DNA of 64,000 nucleotides from Patescibacteria group bacterium (GTDB taxonomy: Bacteria; Patescibacteriota; Minisyncoccia; Phycocordibacterales; Phycocordibacteraceae). Location of the stretch: the NCBI GenBank assembly GCA_040384705.1, contig JAZKIU010000001.1, forward strand, positions 25,907 to 89,906. Reading direction: 5' to 3'. The notes beneath the pieces were generated by a model. That model did no database searches, was not told the origin of the DNA, and was given only the letters and a program-made list of their open reading frames with translations. Within the stretch, counting starts at the first letter, position 1, and every line of letters starts with the position of its first letter. This document shows positions 7,739 through 17,129 of this stretch, one piece after another. The position numbers and the translations under genes were made by a program.

Positions 7739-9094
7739 CTACGTCGGCCACGTCTCTTCGCTCATCGCGAGCACCTCACCAGCGAAATGCAGGCCGCCGC
7801 AGATCAGTATGTGAGGCGGCGGACTATCCGTCTCGAGTGCACGCGTAACCGCGTCCGTGACATCGGACGCTGTCTCGGACGAAAGCCCTACCTTAGTCGC
7901 GGCCTCGGCCAGGTTCTCTGCGCTCGCGGCATTCGGACTATCGAAAACAGTCGTGATCACCCGCGGATTCATTGCAGCAAAGGGACGGAAGAACCCTTCA
8001 GCATCCTTGCGCGCGAACATGCCAACGATCAAGACAAGGGGTCGAGGATCGTTCTCGACGATACGGCTCGCAGCCTCTGCGAGCGCCCGACCCGCATGCG
8101 GGTTGTGGCCGCCATCGAGCCACAGGTCAGCACCTCGAGTCTCGGCCAGCTCAGCTAGCGGACCAGCGGTTAGTCGCTGCATGCGGGCAGGCCAGATGGT
8201 CGAGGAGATACCTTTTCCCAATACTTCGTCCGAAAGAGTGGGGTCGAACTGCAGCGCCGCAGCAACCGCGAGTCCCGCGTTCTGGAATTGATACCCGCCG
8301 AAGAGGCTCGGTGCCGGTAAATCGATCAATCGATCGGGCATCTGAACAATCAACCGCCCCTTCTCTTCCCGAACATCGAAGTCGCGACCCATGAGCTGCA
8401 TAGGGGCTCCCAGGTCATTGGCTTCACGCTCGATGACCTCCAGTGCTTCGTCCTGCTGATGGGCGACCACTACCGGTCGATCCTGCTTGATGATTCCCGC
8501 CTTCTCCCACGCTATTTTCGACAGTTCGGGTCCGAGCATCTCGAGGTGGTCGTAATCCACGGGAGTGATGACGCTCACCGCAGGCGCGTCGAATATGTTG
8601 GTGGCATCGAAGCGGCCGCCAAGTCCCACTTCCACGATGCAGAGGTCAGCTGGTGTCTCGGAGAAAGCGAGGTACGCCAGGACCGTGGTTATCTCGAAGA
8701 AGCTTATCGGCTCGCCCGCATTCGCCTTCTCCACCCTATCGATGAGTTCGGCGAGCTGCTCATCGGTGATGAGCGTGCCAGCGATACGGATACGCTCGGC
8801 GAACCGTACTAAATGCGGCGAGGTAAGCACATGCACTTTGAGCCCCGCGGCTTCCGCGATTGCCCGTAGGTACGCGACTGTCGAGCCCTTTCCGTTCGTT
8901 CCCGCCACATGGATGACCGGCGGTAGTTTCAGGTCGGGCCGCCCGAGTGCAGCGAGCAACCGCTCCACCCGACCGGTAGTCAGGTCTATCAGGGATGGAT
9001 GATTGGCTCGTAAGCGCTGGATCACCTCGTCCGAAGAGCGGATCGGGTCATACCCGGAGTCCCCTGCCTGTGTTCCTTCAGGGGCTGTCTGCAT
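7739..9094 (-). CDS. folC: Folylpolyglutamate/dihydrofolate synthase
   Basis: VAGTNGKGST, TSPHLVRFAERI, EVGLGGRFDATN, LDGGHNP. Confidence 0.96.
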   Translation of the reverse strand: MQTAPEGTQAGDSGYDPIRSSDEVIQRLRANHPSLIDLTTGRVERLLAALGRPDLKLPPVIHVAGTNGKGSTVAYLRAIAEAAGLKVHVLTSPHLVRFAERIRIAGTLITDEQLAELIDRVEKANAGEPISFFEITTVLAYLAFSETPADLCIVEVGLGGRFDATNIFDAPAVSVITPVDYDHLEMLGPELSKIAWEKAGIIKQDRPVVVAHQQDEALEVIEREANDLGAPMQLMGRDFDVREEKGRLIVQMPDRLIDLPAPSLFGGYQFQNAGLAVAAALQFDPTLSDEVLGKGISSTIWPARMQRLTAGPLAELAETRGADLWLDGGHNPHAGRALAEAASRIVENDPRPLVLIVGMFARKDAEGFFRPFAAMNPRVITTVFDSPNAASAENLAEAATKVGLSSETASDVTDAVTRALETDSPPPHILICGGLHFAGEVLAMSEETWPT

Positions 9095-9109
9095 TCCCGC
9101 ACTGTAAAC

Positions 9110-9144
9110 GAAAGAACCCCCGGCGCAAGGCCGGGGGTTCTTTC
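9110..9144 (-). terminator. Terminator directly after rplK
   Basis: GAAAGAACCCCCGGC-GCAAG-GCCGGGGGTTCTTTC. Confidence 0.7.
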
Positions 9145-9156
9145 TTCAAAGCGGTA

Positions 9157-9579
9157 TTAGCTACCGATGGTAACGCCCATCGAGCGGGCGGTTCCTTCTA
9201 CCGTCTTCTCCGCTGCTGCGAGCGAACCTGCGGAAAGGTCAGGCATCTTGGTCTCGGCGATCTCCTTTATCTGAGCGCGGGAGATGGTACCCACTTTAGA
9301 GAGCGGGGTCTTGCCCGAACCCTTATCTACGCCGATAGCCTTGAGGATGAGGCGGGACATAGGGGAGACCTTGAGGACGAAGGTGAAGGTGCGGTCGTCG
9401 TATACGGAGAGGTCCACTGGGACGATCTGGCCCATACGGTCCTTGGTCGCCTCGTTGAACTTGTTCACGAAGTCGCCGATATTGACGCCTGCAGGACCAA
9501 GAACGGTACCAACTGGTGGTGCCGGGGTCGCCTTCCCTGCCGGGATCTGGAGCTTTATCTTCTTAACTACTTTTGCCAT
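9157..9579 (-). CDS. rplK: 50S ribosomal protein L11
   Basis: IPAGKATPAPPVG, GTARSMG. Confidence 0.98.
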   Translation of the reverse strand: MAKVVKKIKLQIPAGKATPAPPVGTVLGPAGVNIGDFVNKFNEATKDRMGQIVPVDLSVYDDRTFTFVLKVSPMSRLILKAIGVDKGSGKTPLSKVGTISRAQIKEIAETKMPDLSAGSLAAAEKTVEGTARSMGVTIGS

Positions 9580-9632
9580 GTCAGTGGAATGTATCTTAAA
9601 TGAGTGTTCGGGTCAATTTCTTCGCGCTTTTC

Positions 9633-10202
9633 CTACAGTTTCCTGATCTGGAGGAAGTCGAGCTCGACGGGGGTCTCGCGGCCGAACATTGCGACCATGA
9701 CCTTCACCTTTCCGCGCTCCTCGTCTATCTCGCCCACCTTGCCTTCGAGATCCTTGAACGGACCGTCGGCGATAACGACCGGATCGTCCTTCATGAGGTC
9801 GATACGGTGCTTCGGTGCCTCCTGGCCCATGCGCTTCATGAGGGAATTAACCTCTGCATCCTCCATAGGAACGGGAGTGGTTCCGGACCCCACGAAACCG
9901 GTCACGCGAGGCGTGTTGCGGACGACGAACCACGAGTCCTCGTCCACTACCATGCGAACGAGGATGTAGCCCGGGTATATCTTCTCTTCCTCGACGACGC
10001 GCTTGCCGCCCTTCACGCGGATCTTCTTCTCGGTCGGAACGACCACCTCGAAGATCTTGTTCTCCATGCCGAGGCTCTCGATGCGCTGCTTGAGGTTACG
10101 CTCGACGGCGTTCTCGTATCCAGCGTACGTGTGGATGGTGTACCAGTGCGGCTCGAGCGAGGCGCCTTCGTCTGCGAACTGGGGGAGGGTCTTCATGTCC
10201 AT
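9633..10202 (-). CDS. nusG: Transcription factor NusG
   Basis: WYTIHTYAGYE, YPGYILV, RNTPRVTGFVG, KOW motif, FGRETPVELDF. Confidence 0.98.
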   Translation of the reverse strand: MDMKTLPQFADEGASLEPHWYTIHTYAGYENAVERNLKQRIESLGMENKIFEVVVPTEKKIRVKGGKRVVEEEKIYPGYILVRMVVDEDSWFVVRNTPRVTGFVGSGTTPVPMEDAEVNSLMKRMGQEAPKHRIDLMKDDPVVIADGPFKDLEGKVGEIDEERGKVKVMVAMFGRETPVELDFLQIRKL

Positions 10203-10214
10203 ACTGAAGTGGGG

Positions 10215-10403
10215 TTAATAGCTGGAAACGACCTGGTTCACGATGTTCGTGAATACGTAGTCGAAGCCCGTGAGCAGAAGTGCCACGAGCGCGGAGATAA
10301 CGATGATGAGGACGGTATGGGTTATGGCCTGACCACGCGATGGCCAGACGACGTGCGCGAGCTCGCCCCGAACGTTCTTGAGATAGGTGAAGAATGAGGT
10401 CAT
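10215..10403 (-). CDS. secE: Preprotein translocase SecE
   Basis: ELAHVVWPSR plus one TM helix; upstream of nusG. Confidence 0.93.
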   Translation of the reverse strand: MTSFFTYLKNVRGELAHVVWPSRGQAITHTVLIIVISALVALLLTGFDYVFTNIVNQVVSSY

Positions 10404-10476
10404 ATCGTTCCAAATAAAAAAGCCCCGCGGGCCTTATATAAAAGCATGATAGTACGGCCTGGTTCCTGTGTCAAAT

Positions 10477-10510
10477 AGCACAAAGCCCCGCGTGCGCGGG
10501 GCTTTGTGCT
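10477..10510. terminator. Long palindromic terminator
   Basis: AGCACAAAGCCCCGCG-TG-CGCGGGGCTTTGTGCT. Confidence 0.6.
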
Positions 10511-10530
10511 CACTACGGTGATCGGTGTTC

Positions 10531-11328
10531 TTACCGTATCTCGTAGGTGATGGTGACCGAGACATTCGTCTCGTTCTCCCCCATCGGAAGCATCGGAGCG
10601 GCTGCAGAGATCCGGACATCGGATTCCATAGCCATACCGCCCTTGCCGTATCCGTATACCGGGTAGCCGCCCTCGTTCTCGTAGAACGAAGTGACCTTCC
10701 CGAGGCTGACGCCGAGCTGCTTCGCGAGGACTTTCGCCTTCTCGCGAGCCTCCTTGATAGCCTCTTCGCGTGCGGTAGCGCGGACAGCATCCTCATCATC
10801 TACGGTGAAGTTCGGTCCGGAGATGTTCTGGACATTCATGGAACCAAGTCCCTCGAGCACCTGGCCTGCCTTGGCGGTATCACGCACCTTCACCTGGATG
10901 GACTGCGATACTTCGTAGCCGATGATTTTCGGTGAGCTGGTGACCGGCGGGCACGGCATGCCGTATCCGCAGGACTGGGTGTTGTACTCGTAGCGAGGGT
11001 TCACGTTGTAATAGACGGTCTTCACGTCCTTGTCCTCGATGCCTTGCTGCTTGAGGTACGCGATCGCGGCGTCGCTCTTAGCAGTCGCCTTGGTCTGCGC
11101 TTCAGCGACCGTCGCGCCCTGTTCGGTCACGGTGAAGTCTATCTGCGCTATATCAGGTATCATCGTCGCTTCTCCCGAGCCCGTCACGGTTATCGTGTTG
11201 TATGGATCGCTTGGCTCGCGACCGAACACTGCGTCCCAGGTCTTCGCGAGGAGGAAGAGCGAGAGAAGTACGAAAACGGCGAGGAGCGCGAGGCGCATCT
11301 TCTTGTCGCCCATCATTTCATTCATCAT
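10531..11328 (-). CDS. SIMPL (DUF541) domain protein
   Basis: TM anchor, TITVTGSGEATMIPDIA, AREKAKVLAKQLGVSLG, GENETNVSVTITYEI; start moved to 11328 to avoid overlap with the ZIP gene. Confidence 0.88.
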   Translation of the reverse strand: MMNEMMGDKKMRLALLAVFVLLSLFLLAKTWDAVFGREPSDPYNTITVTGSGEATMIPDIAQIDFTVTEQGATVAEAQTKATAKSDAAIAYLKQQGIEDKDVKTVYYNVNPRYEYNTQSCGYGMPCPPVTSSPKIIGYEVSQSIQVKVRDTAKAGQVLEGLGSMNVQNISGPNFTVDDEDAVRATAREEAIKEAREKAKVLAKQLGVSLGKVTSFYENEGGYPVYGYGKGGMAMESDVRISAAAPMLPMGENETNVSVTITYEIR

Positions 11329-11466
11329 AATCTGGATAATTCTTAATAAGGATATAGCGAGTATATCACTGGTGGCTATGACGTTCGGGAATGCCTTTTC
11401 TGGCACGAGGGCAGAAATCCACCACGCCTTGTTGCAATCGTCTCCACCCGACGTATCCTTCCTTCC

Positions 11467-12222
11467 ATGCTCACTACCTCCCTCTTCGCCCTCGGTAGCG
11501 TCCTCATCGTGGGCGCTCTTTCCCTCATCGGGATATTCACCCTGTCGCTCAAGGACAGCCTTATCAAAGGTGCGACCTTCATTCTGGTCGGTGTCGCGAC
11601 CGGAGCCCTCCTTGGCGATGCGTTCATCCATCTCATCCCCGAGGCATTCGAGGAAGCCACGAATCCGGTCATCCTCTCGCTCACCATCATCGGGGGCATG
11701 CTCATATTCTTCGTGCTCGAGAAGTTCCTCCACTGGCACCACCACCAGGGACTGGAGGCGAGCGAGCCCGAGGTGCACCCGGTCGGGAAGATGATTCTCG
11801 TTTCGGATGGCGTGCACAATTTCGTCGATGGCCTCATCATCGCAGCGAGCTACCTTGTTTCCATAGAAGTCGGCATCGCAACCACGCTTGCGGTCATACT
11901 CCACGAGATACCGCAGGAGATAGGCGACTTCGGCGTATTGCTCCACGCGGGGTACAGCAAGATGAAAGCACTCTGGCTCAACTTCCTCTCCGCGCTCTTC
12001 GCAATACTGGGCGCCGCTGTTGCGCTTCTACTTGGCGGCGCAACTGAGATGTTCACCGTGTGGCTCGTGCCGCTCGCAGCCGGCGGGTTCATCTACATCG
12101 CACTCACCGACCTCATCCCGGAACTGCACAAGACGACGTCAGTGCGGCATTCCCTCCTTCAGTTGCTCGCTATCGTCATCGGCGTGCTCGGCATGGTCGC
12201 CATACTCCTTCTTGAGGGATAG
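11467..12222 (+). CDS. ZIP family divalent metal transporter
   Basis: GDAFIHLIPEA, HWHHH loop, DGVHNFVDG, HEIPQEIGDF. Confidence 0.95.
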   Translation: MLTTSLFALGSVLIVGALSLIGIFTLSLKDSLIKGATFILVGVATGALLGDAFIHLIPEAFEEATNPVILSLTIIGGMLIFFVLEKFLHWHHHQGLEASEPEVHPVGKMILVSDGVHNFVDGLIIAASYLVSIEVGIATTLAVILHEIPQEIGDFGVLLHAGYSKMKALWLNFLSALFAILGAAVALLLGGATEMFTVWLVPLAAGGFIYIALTDLIPELHKTTSVRHSLLQLLAIVIGVLGMVAILLLEG

Positions 12223-12256
12223 TTAATCAAAAGCCCCGCTTCTGCGGGGCTTTTCT

Positions 12257-12946
12257 TTATCCTGCTATCTGAAGCGTTGCCAGCATTCTTTGGAGTGCTG
12301 CGTGCTCCGGAAGTTCCTCGACGACGAGGTTCGGTTCCATCCAATCCGTCACATCGTGCTCGACGATGTCGAAGCGAAGGACCGTGTTCCCGCTCACGAC
12401 GAAGTACGAGCTCTGCACGATTGCCTCGAAGCGTTCGATGACCGTGGTGCGGAACTGCTTCCCGCCGAGCGTTACCGTCTTGAAGCGGCTGAAGTCCTCC
12501 GCATCCATGTCGGACGGTTGGTAGCGGGTGTTCGCGAGGATGACTTCGTCCGCGGTCTTGCCGGTCGGTATCGGATAGCGCTTAACGGTTATGTTGTGCT
12601 GGACGCTCGGGGATAGGCTCGGCTTCTGGTATATGCGGAGTGTCTCCTGATTGGCAGCCCCGGCGAGAATCTGGGTGTAGCCGGCTGGAAGCGCGAACGC
12701 AATCCCGGCATCCGCTATCTCCACGTTAGGCGGAGGACATGCAGCGAACTCGCAGGATGGTCCTTGGCGACCGACTCCCGTCCCGTCAGGGCATATCTTC
12801 GCCTCTTCGGTGCAGGCGACCGCGCCTCCCGGCACGAGCGGGCGCTCCATCGCGTTGCGGTACATGAACGCGCCGACGCCGAGCACGATGATGATGAGAA
12901 CGCCTGCGAGTAGTTGTTTTATGGAAAGCATAGAGTGTGGGTTCAA
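12257..12946 (-). CDS. Membrane-anchored hypothetical protein with a 4-Cys CTxEAKxCPDG module
   Basis: N-terminal TM helix, then ACTEEAKICPDGTGVGRQGPSCEFAACP. Confidence 0.75.
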   Translation of the reverse strand: MNPHSMLSIKQLLAGVLIIIVLGVGAFMYRNAMERPLVPGGAVACTEEAKICPDGTGVGRQGPSCEFAACPPPNVEIADAGIAFALPAGYTQILAGAANQETLRIYQKPSLSPSVQHNITVKRYPIPTGKTADEVILANTRYQPSDMDAEDFSRFKTVTLGGKQFRTTVIERFEAIVQSSYFVVSGNTVLRFDIVEHDVTDWMEPNLVVEELPEHAALQRMLATLQIAG

Positions 12947-12977
12947 TGGGTAAGACGGGTGGCCCGCTCAGTTCTTT

Positions 12978-13376
12978 CTATCCCTTGCGGAGGGCGTCCC
13001 GTATCTCTTCGAGCACGACGAGCTCCTGGCTTTTCTCCGAGGCAGGAGCGGTCCCCTCTTCCTGCTCCCTGCGCGCGACCAGGACGAGGCGGTTGATGAA
13101 CTTCACGAAGAGGAATAGCGCGAGCGCGGTGATGATGAAGTTCACGCACGCTTCGATGAAGAGCCCGTACTGGATGACGGCGTCGCCCTGGAGCGTGAAC
13201 CCCAGCGCACTGAAGTCGATGCCACCGAGTAGGAGGCCGATGGGCGGCGTGAGAATATTCGTCACGAGTGAGTTCGTAATGGCCGTGAACGCCGTCCCTA
13301 TCACGACGCCGATCGCGAGATCGACCGCATTGCCACGCAGCGCGAACTTCTTGAACTCTTCGAAGAAGTGCTTCAT
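12978..13376 (-). CDS. mscL: Large-conductance mechanosensitive channel
   Basis: EFKKFALRGNAVDLAIGVVIG, LEEIRDAL. Confidence 0.96.
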   Translation of the reverse strand: MKHFFEEFKKFALRGNAVDLAIGVVIGTAFTAITNSLVTNILTPPIGLLLGGIDFSALGFTLQGDAVIQYGLFIEACVNFIITALALFLFVKFINRLVLVARREQEEGTAPASEKSQELVVLEEIRDALRKG

Positions 13377-13457
13377 ATGCTTCCTGTATACCGCACGGGT
13401 ACATAAAAGCAAAAGGGAGGGGACCGAAGCCCCCTCCCCTTGTTGATGCGCGACCGA

Positions 13458-14048
13458 TTAGTGCGGCCGGAGCGTCCACGTCTTCACGACTTCGGCCGTT
13501 GCTCGCTCGAAGAGCGTCAGCTCCGTAAGGAACACCGAAAGAGTGCAGTACTTCCAGGGACACAGGTCCTTGAAGATCCCGAAGACGAGCTGGACGTCTT
13601 CCTCTGCCGCCAGCCCGAGCCCCTGCGCCTCGCGAAGCGCAAGCGTCGCATAGCCGGTCTCTCGATCCAGTGGTGGGGGTTCGATGCGCATTTCCTCGAG
13701 AAGCGCACGAAGCCGGACGAGGGTCGGCTCACGGAGGTTATTGTAGAGGCTGAGATAGATAGCTTCCTCCGGCTCCTTGAAGTGATCGACGGCGCCGATT
13801 TGCACCTCGACGGCCGGCAGTCTGCCGAGCCCGAGCAGCCCGTCCATCCGCTCCACGAAGCGGTCTCTTGTAGGTCCATCCATCCGGAAGGGCTCCTTCA
13901 CGGTCGAATGGAGGCCGAGCCTGCCCGGATACGGCTGGATGCCGAGTTCACGCTGGCACCTCTGCGCAGCACGCTCGTGAAAATTCATCACCTGCTTCGG
14001 CATGCCGAACGTCATGACGAACTCTTCGTTTACTACTTCCTGACTCAT
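13458..14048 (-). CDS. 2H phosphoesterase / 2'-5' RNA ligase-like protein, second motif degenerate
   Basis: LHSTVKEPF (HxT); second site GYATLA; AGGGAGG before the ATG. Confidence 0.55.
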   Translation of the reverse strand: MSQEVVNEEFVMTFGMPKQVMNFHERAAQRCQRELGIQPYPGRLGLHSTVKEPFRMDGPTRDRFVERMDGLLGLGRLPAVEVQIGAVDHFKEPEEAIYLSLYNNLREPTLVRLRALLEEMRIEPPPLDRETGYATLALREAQGLGLAAEEDVQLVFGIFKDLCPWKYCTLSVFLTELTLFERATAEVVKTWTLRPH

Positions 14049-14125
14049 TCGAGCCTCCCTAGTTGATCCGCTCGTGATACTACTCCCTATTTAAATACCA
14101 GCAACTACTCTATCCACTTACGTTG

Positions 14126-14198
14126 GGCGGCTACCGGGAATCGAACCCGAATTGACAGAACCACAATCTGTAGTGTTAACCGTTACACCATAGCCGCC
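14126..14198 (-). tRNA. tRNA-His(GTG)
   Basis: G-1 GCGGCTA/TAGCCGC acceptor stem, anticodon loop TTGTGGT, GGTTCGATTCC T-arm. Confidence 0.95.
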
Positions 14199-14310
14199 AT
14201 GGCTTATATTTCCGAACAAGTACGTAGGGTTTATAACACGATTCAAGCTAAATGATTAGCGATATACGACGAAGGCCCGACGCTTTCGCATCGGGCCTTC
14301 GTCGTCTTTG

Positions 14311-14392
14311 TGCCCAGGAGAGGACTTGAACCTCCACGCCTTGCGGCACATCCACCTCAAGGATGCATGTATACCAATTTCATCACCTGGGC
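14311..14392 (-). tRNA. tRNA-Leu(GAG)
   Basis: GCCCAGG/CCTGGGC acceptor stem, CATCC-TTGAGGT-GGATG anticodon arm, long variable arm. Confidence 0.95.
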
Positions 14393-14465
14393 ATCAGGTT
14401 CCCCCCAAATAGGGAGGGCCCGCATACTATAGCGGGCCGCTTCCGTATTTACAAATGCAGGCGGG

Positions 14466-15014
14466 TTACGCAGCCTCGTCCTTCTTCTCTTCCGCTGCCT
14501 CTACCGAAGCTTCAGCGATCTCCTCTTCGACGGGCGTCGTCTCCTCCGCAGTCTCGACGACTACCTCCGGAGCTGCCTCTTCTGCTACTTCGGTGACCTC
14601 AGCTTCTACCGCTTCAGGCTCTACGGCCTTCTCCTCTTCCTTGAAATCGTCGGTCGAGATGTTGACCATACGCATGTTGCGGAGCTGGCGGCGCACTTCG
14701 CGCGCGACCTTCTCGCGGATGAAGTAGAGCTTCGCGCGGCGCACCTTGGAGCGGCGCACTATCTCTATCTTGTCGATGACCGGGGAGTAGAGCGGGAATA
14801 TCTTCTCGACGCCGACGCCGGACATCGTGGCGCGAACGGTGAACGTACCACCGGCTTCGCTGCCGTGCTTGACCGCGAGGACGAGGCCCTCGAAGTTCTG
14901 GATACGGGTCTTCCCCTTCTCGACGACCTTCTGGTGGACACGGACGGTGTCCCCCGGGCGGATACCGAGGCTCGTGCGCTCATTGACGGCGACGGGGGTG
15001 ATGACGTTCTGCAT
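14466..15014 (-). CDS. rplS: 50S ribosomal protein L19 with acidic C-terminal extension
   Basis: [40 protein letters not shown]. Confidence 0.97.
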   Translation of the reverse strand: MQNVITPVAVNERTSLGIRPGDTVRVHQKVVEKGKTRIQNFEGLVLAVKHGSEAGGTFTVRATMSGVGVEKIFPLYSPVIDKIEIVRRSKVRRAKLYFIREKVAREVRRQLRNMRMVNISTDDFKEEEKAVEPEAVEAEVTEVAEEAAPEVVVETAEETTPVEEEIAEASVEAAEEKKDEAA

Positions 15015-15063
15015 GACCGGGCTACTGTAACACGGCCCAAAATAAAAGCAAAACGGCGGGGCC

Positions 15064-15657
15064 TCATGGGCTCCGCCGCTTCCTGCTTGCGTCCCGGGCC
15101 GCCTCTACGCTGCGGTCCAGATACGGCTGAGGATGGTAATAGGCATCGCTCGCCAGCTCCCGAAGGGCGATGAGCAATTGCTTGGAAGTCTCGCGTACGT
15201 CGGTCAGCACAAGCTGCTGATTGCAGTGCCCGAGCTCAAGCTGCCGAAGGGCGGCATTCGCCGAAACAACTAGCTTCAAGGTGTTCTTCTCGAAGCGTTC
15301 GCTCGCGATGACGGCCAAGTGCCGTTTTTGGATCTTACGGGGGTCGTGTTGGTACAACGGCCACCCATGGAGGGCCAAGCGGTCGATATCCATCTCGTTG
15401 AGACGGACCAAGGACTCCAGATGGAGCACCAGGCCCAGCAGCTCCTCGATTCGCCGATGGGTGCGCACCCAGCCGGCATGCTTCGTGCTCTCTGCGAGCC
15501 CGCGCAGCCACAGGCTCTTGCGCCTGATTCGCTTCAGGGTCCGCTCGATCGCATAGGCCTTCCGCTCCCGTTCTCGCCGTCGGGCGATCGCTCGCCGCTC
15601 CCGCAGGCTGTAGTGGTTAAGGTGCTTGAAGGTGGTCAGTATCGCTTCCGCACGCAC
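15064..15657 (-). CDS. Basic helical hypothetical protein (ORFan)
   Basis: GTG start 8 nt after AGAGGAG; fills the gap between the RluA-family gene and rplS; no recognisable motif. Confidence 0.45.
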   Translation of the reverse strand: MRAEAILTTFKHLNHYSLRERRAIARRRERERKAYAIERTLKRIRRKSLWLRGLAESTKHAGWVRTHRRIEELLGLVLHLESLVRLNEMDIDRLALHGWPLYQHDPRKIQKRHLAVIASERFEKNTLKLVVSANAALRQLELGHCNQQLVLTDVRETSKQLLIALRELASDAYYHPQPYLDRSVEAARDASRKRRSP

Positions 15658-15679
15658 CGGACATTCTCCTCTTTACTGT

Positions 15680-16426
15680 TTACCCGTGCTGAAAATACTC
15701 CGTATCCGGAAACTGCGCAAATGCGGCCTTCATATCTTCCGGTATCGGAGCGGAAAGAAGCTTCCGTTCGCCCGAAAGGAGCGGGATGTCGAGCGAGTAC
15801 GCATGGAGACCGAGGCGCACGAGCCCTAAGTCCTTCGGCTTGTTCGGCGCGTAGAGCGGGTCAGCGACGACCGGATGATGGATGGCCTTCAGGTGCACAC
15901 GTATCTGGTGCGTGCGGCCGGTCTCGGGCATCACTTTCAGCAGCGAGTGGGTACCGATATCACTTATGACCTCGTACCGAGTGAGCGCCTCGCGCATAGT
16001 GCCGCGCGCTCGCGGCTGCGCTGACCGGAGCCTGAAATCCTTACGCGAGCGTCCTATCGCGAACTCGATGGTCCCCTTCCGCTCCTTCGGCACGCCGTAC
16101 ACGAAGGCGAGATAGGTCTTATTAGCCTCATGTTCCTGGAAGGTGGCCTTGAGATGCGCATGGGCTTCAGGAGTCTTCGCGAAGACGAGCACGCCTGAGG
16201 TCTCCCTATCAAGCCTATGCACCACGCCCGGACGCGCTATCTCCGTACCATCCTTGAGTCGCTGCATCTCCCCCACCTCCTTCGAAGCAGGATATGCCTT
16301 AGCGAACCAGTCGCTCGCCGTTTCGTCCTCGGAGTGGCCATCCGGGTGCGTCATCACGCCCGCGGGCTTATTGACCGCGACCAGGTCCGCGTCTTCATAG
16401 ATGATAGGTAGCGCGAGGCCGTTCAT
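15680..16426 (-). CDS. RluA/RluD family pseudouridine synthase
   Basis: NKPAG, VHRLDRETSG, TGRTHQIRVH, LHAYSL. Confidence 0.95.
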   Translation of the reverse strand: MNGLALPIIYEDADLVAVNKPAGVMTHPDGHSEDETASDWFAKAYPASKEVGEMQRLKDGTEIARPGVVHRLDRETSGVLVFAKTPEAHAHLKATFQEHEANKTYLAFVYGVPKERKGTIEFAIGRSRKDFRLRSAQPRARGTMREALTRYEVISDIGTHSLLKVMPETGRTHQIRVHLKAIHHPVVADPLYAPNKPKDLGLVRLGLHAYSLDIPLLSGERKLLSAPIPEDMKAAFAQFPDTEYFQHG

Positions 16427-16448
16427 TTCCCCACCCTATCACAACTCG

Positions 16449-17129
16449 TTATTTACCCAGGCGGCGCTCCCTCGATGTGTAGTCGCTGATGATGCCGTCG
16501 AATTCTTCCTTGCTGAAATCCGGCCACTTCGTATCGATGAAGAAAAGTTCGCTGTATACCGATTGCCAGGTAAGGAATCCGGAAAGCCGCTTCTCTCCGC
16601 CAGTACGGATGATGAGGTCAGGGTCGAGTGTATCAGCGCTCCACATAGCAGCGCGGAAGGATGCTTCGTCGACATGTTTCGTGCCCGATCCGAGCAGCGT
16701 ATTCACGGCCTTAAGTATCTCCGGGCGTCCACCGTACGAAAGTGCGATGATGAGCGTTCCCTTTGTTCCATCCTTACTCTTCGCTTCCGCTTCGTTCATG
16801 AGCGTTTGGAGCTTCTCTGGCATGCGCTCGCGCTCCCCAATGAAGCGGATCCTGCCTCCAGCTTCCATGACCTCGGCAAAATGCTCGCGGAACCCGAGCT
16901 CGAAGAGTCCCATGAGATATCCGACCTCTTCTTCGGTGCGATTCCAGTTCTCTGTCGAGAACGCATAGAGCGTGACTTCCTCGATTCCAGCGTCACGCGC
17001 CCACTCAACCATGTCGCGCACCTTATCGAGACCTTTCCGATGACCTTCGAGCGATGGGAGGCCACGCTCCTTCGCCCACCGACGATTGCCGTCCATGATG
17101 ATTCCTACTGATCGTGGCCCGCTAGTCAT
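16449..17129 (-). CDS. uppS: Undecaprenyl diphosphate synthase
   Basis: IMDGNRRWA, YAFSTENWNR, RTGGEKRLSGFL. Confidence 0.97.
   Translation of the reverse strand: MTSGPRSVGIIMDGNRRWAKERGLPSLEGHRKGLDKVRDMVEWARDAGIEEVTLYAFSTENWNRTEEEVGYLMGLFELGFREHFAEVMEAGGRIRFIGERERMPEKLQTLMNEAEAKSKDGTKGTLIIALSYGGRPEILKAVNTLLGSGTKHVDEASFRAAMWSADTLDPDLIIRTGGEKRLSGFLTWQSVYSELFFIDTKWPDFSKEEFDGIISDYTSRERRLGK

Noticed and set aside
10531-11946. 471-aa ORF suggesting a long N-terminal extension on the SIMPL protein
   Set aside because: The extension is the antisense of the ZIP transporter; the credible start is ATG 11328
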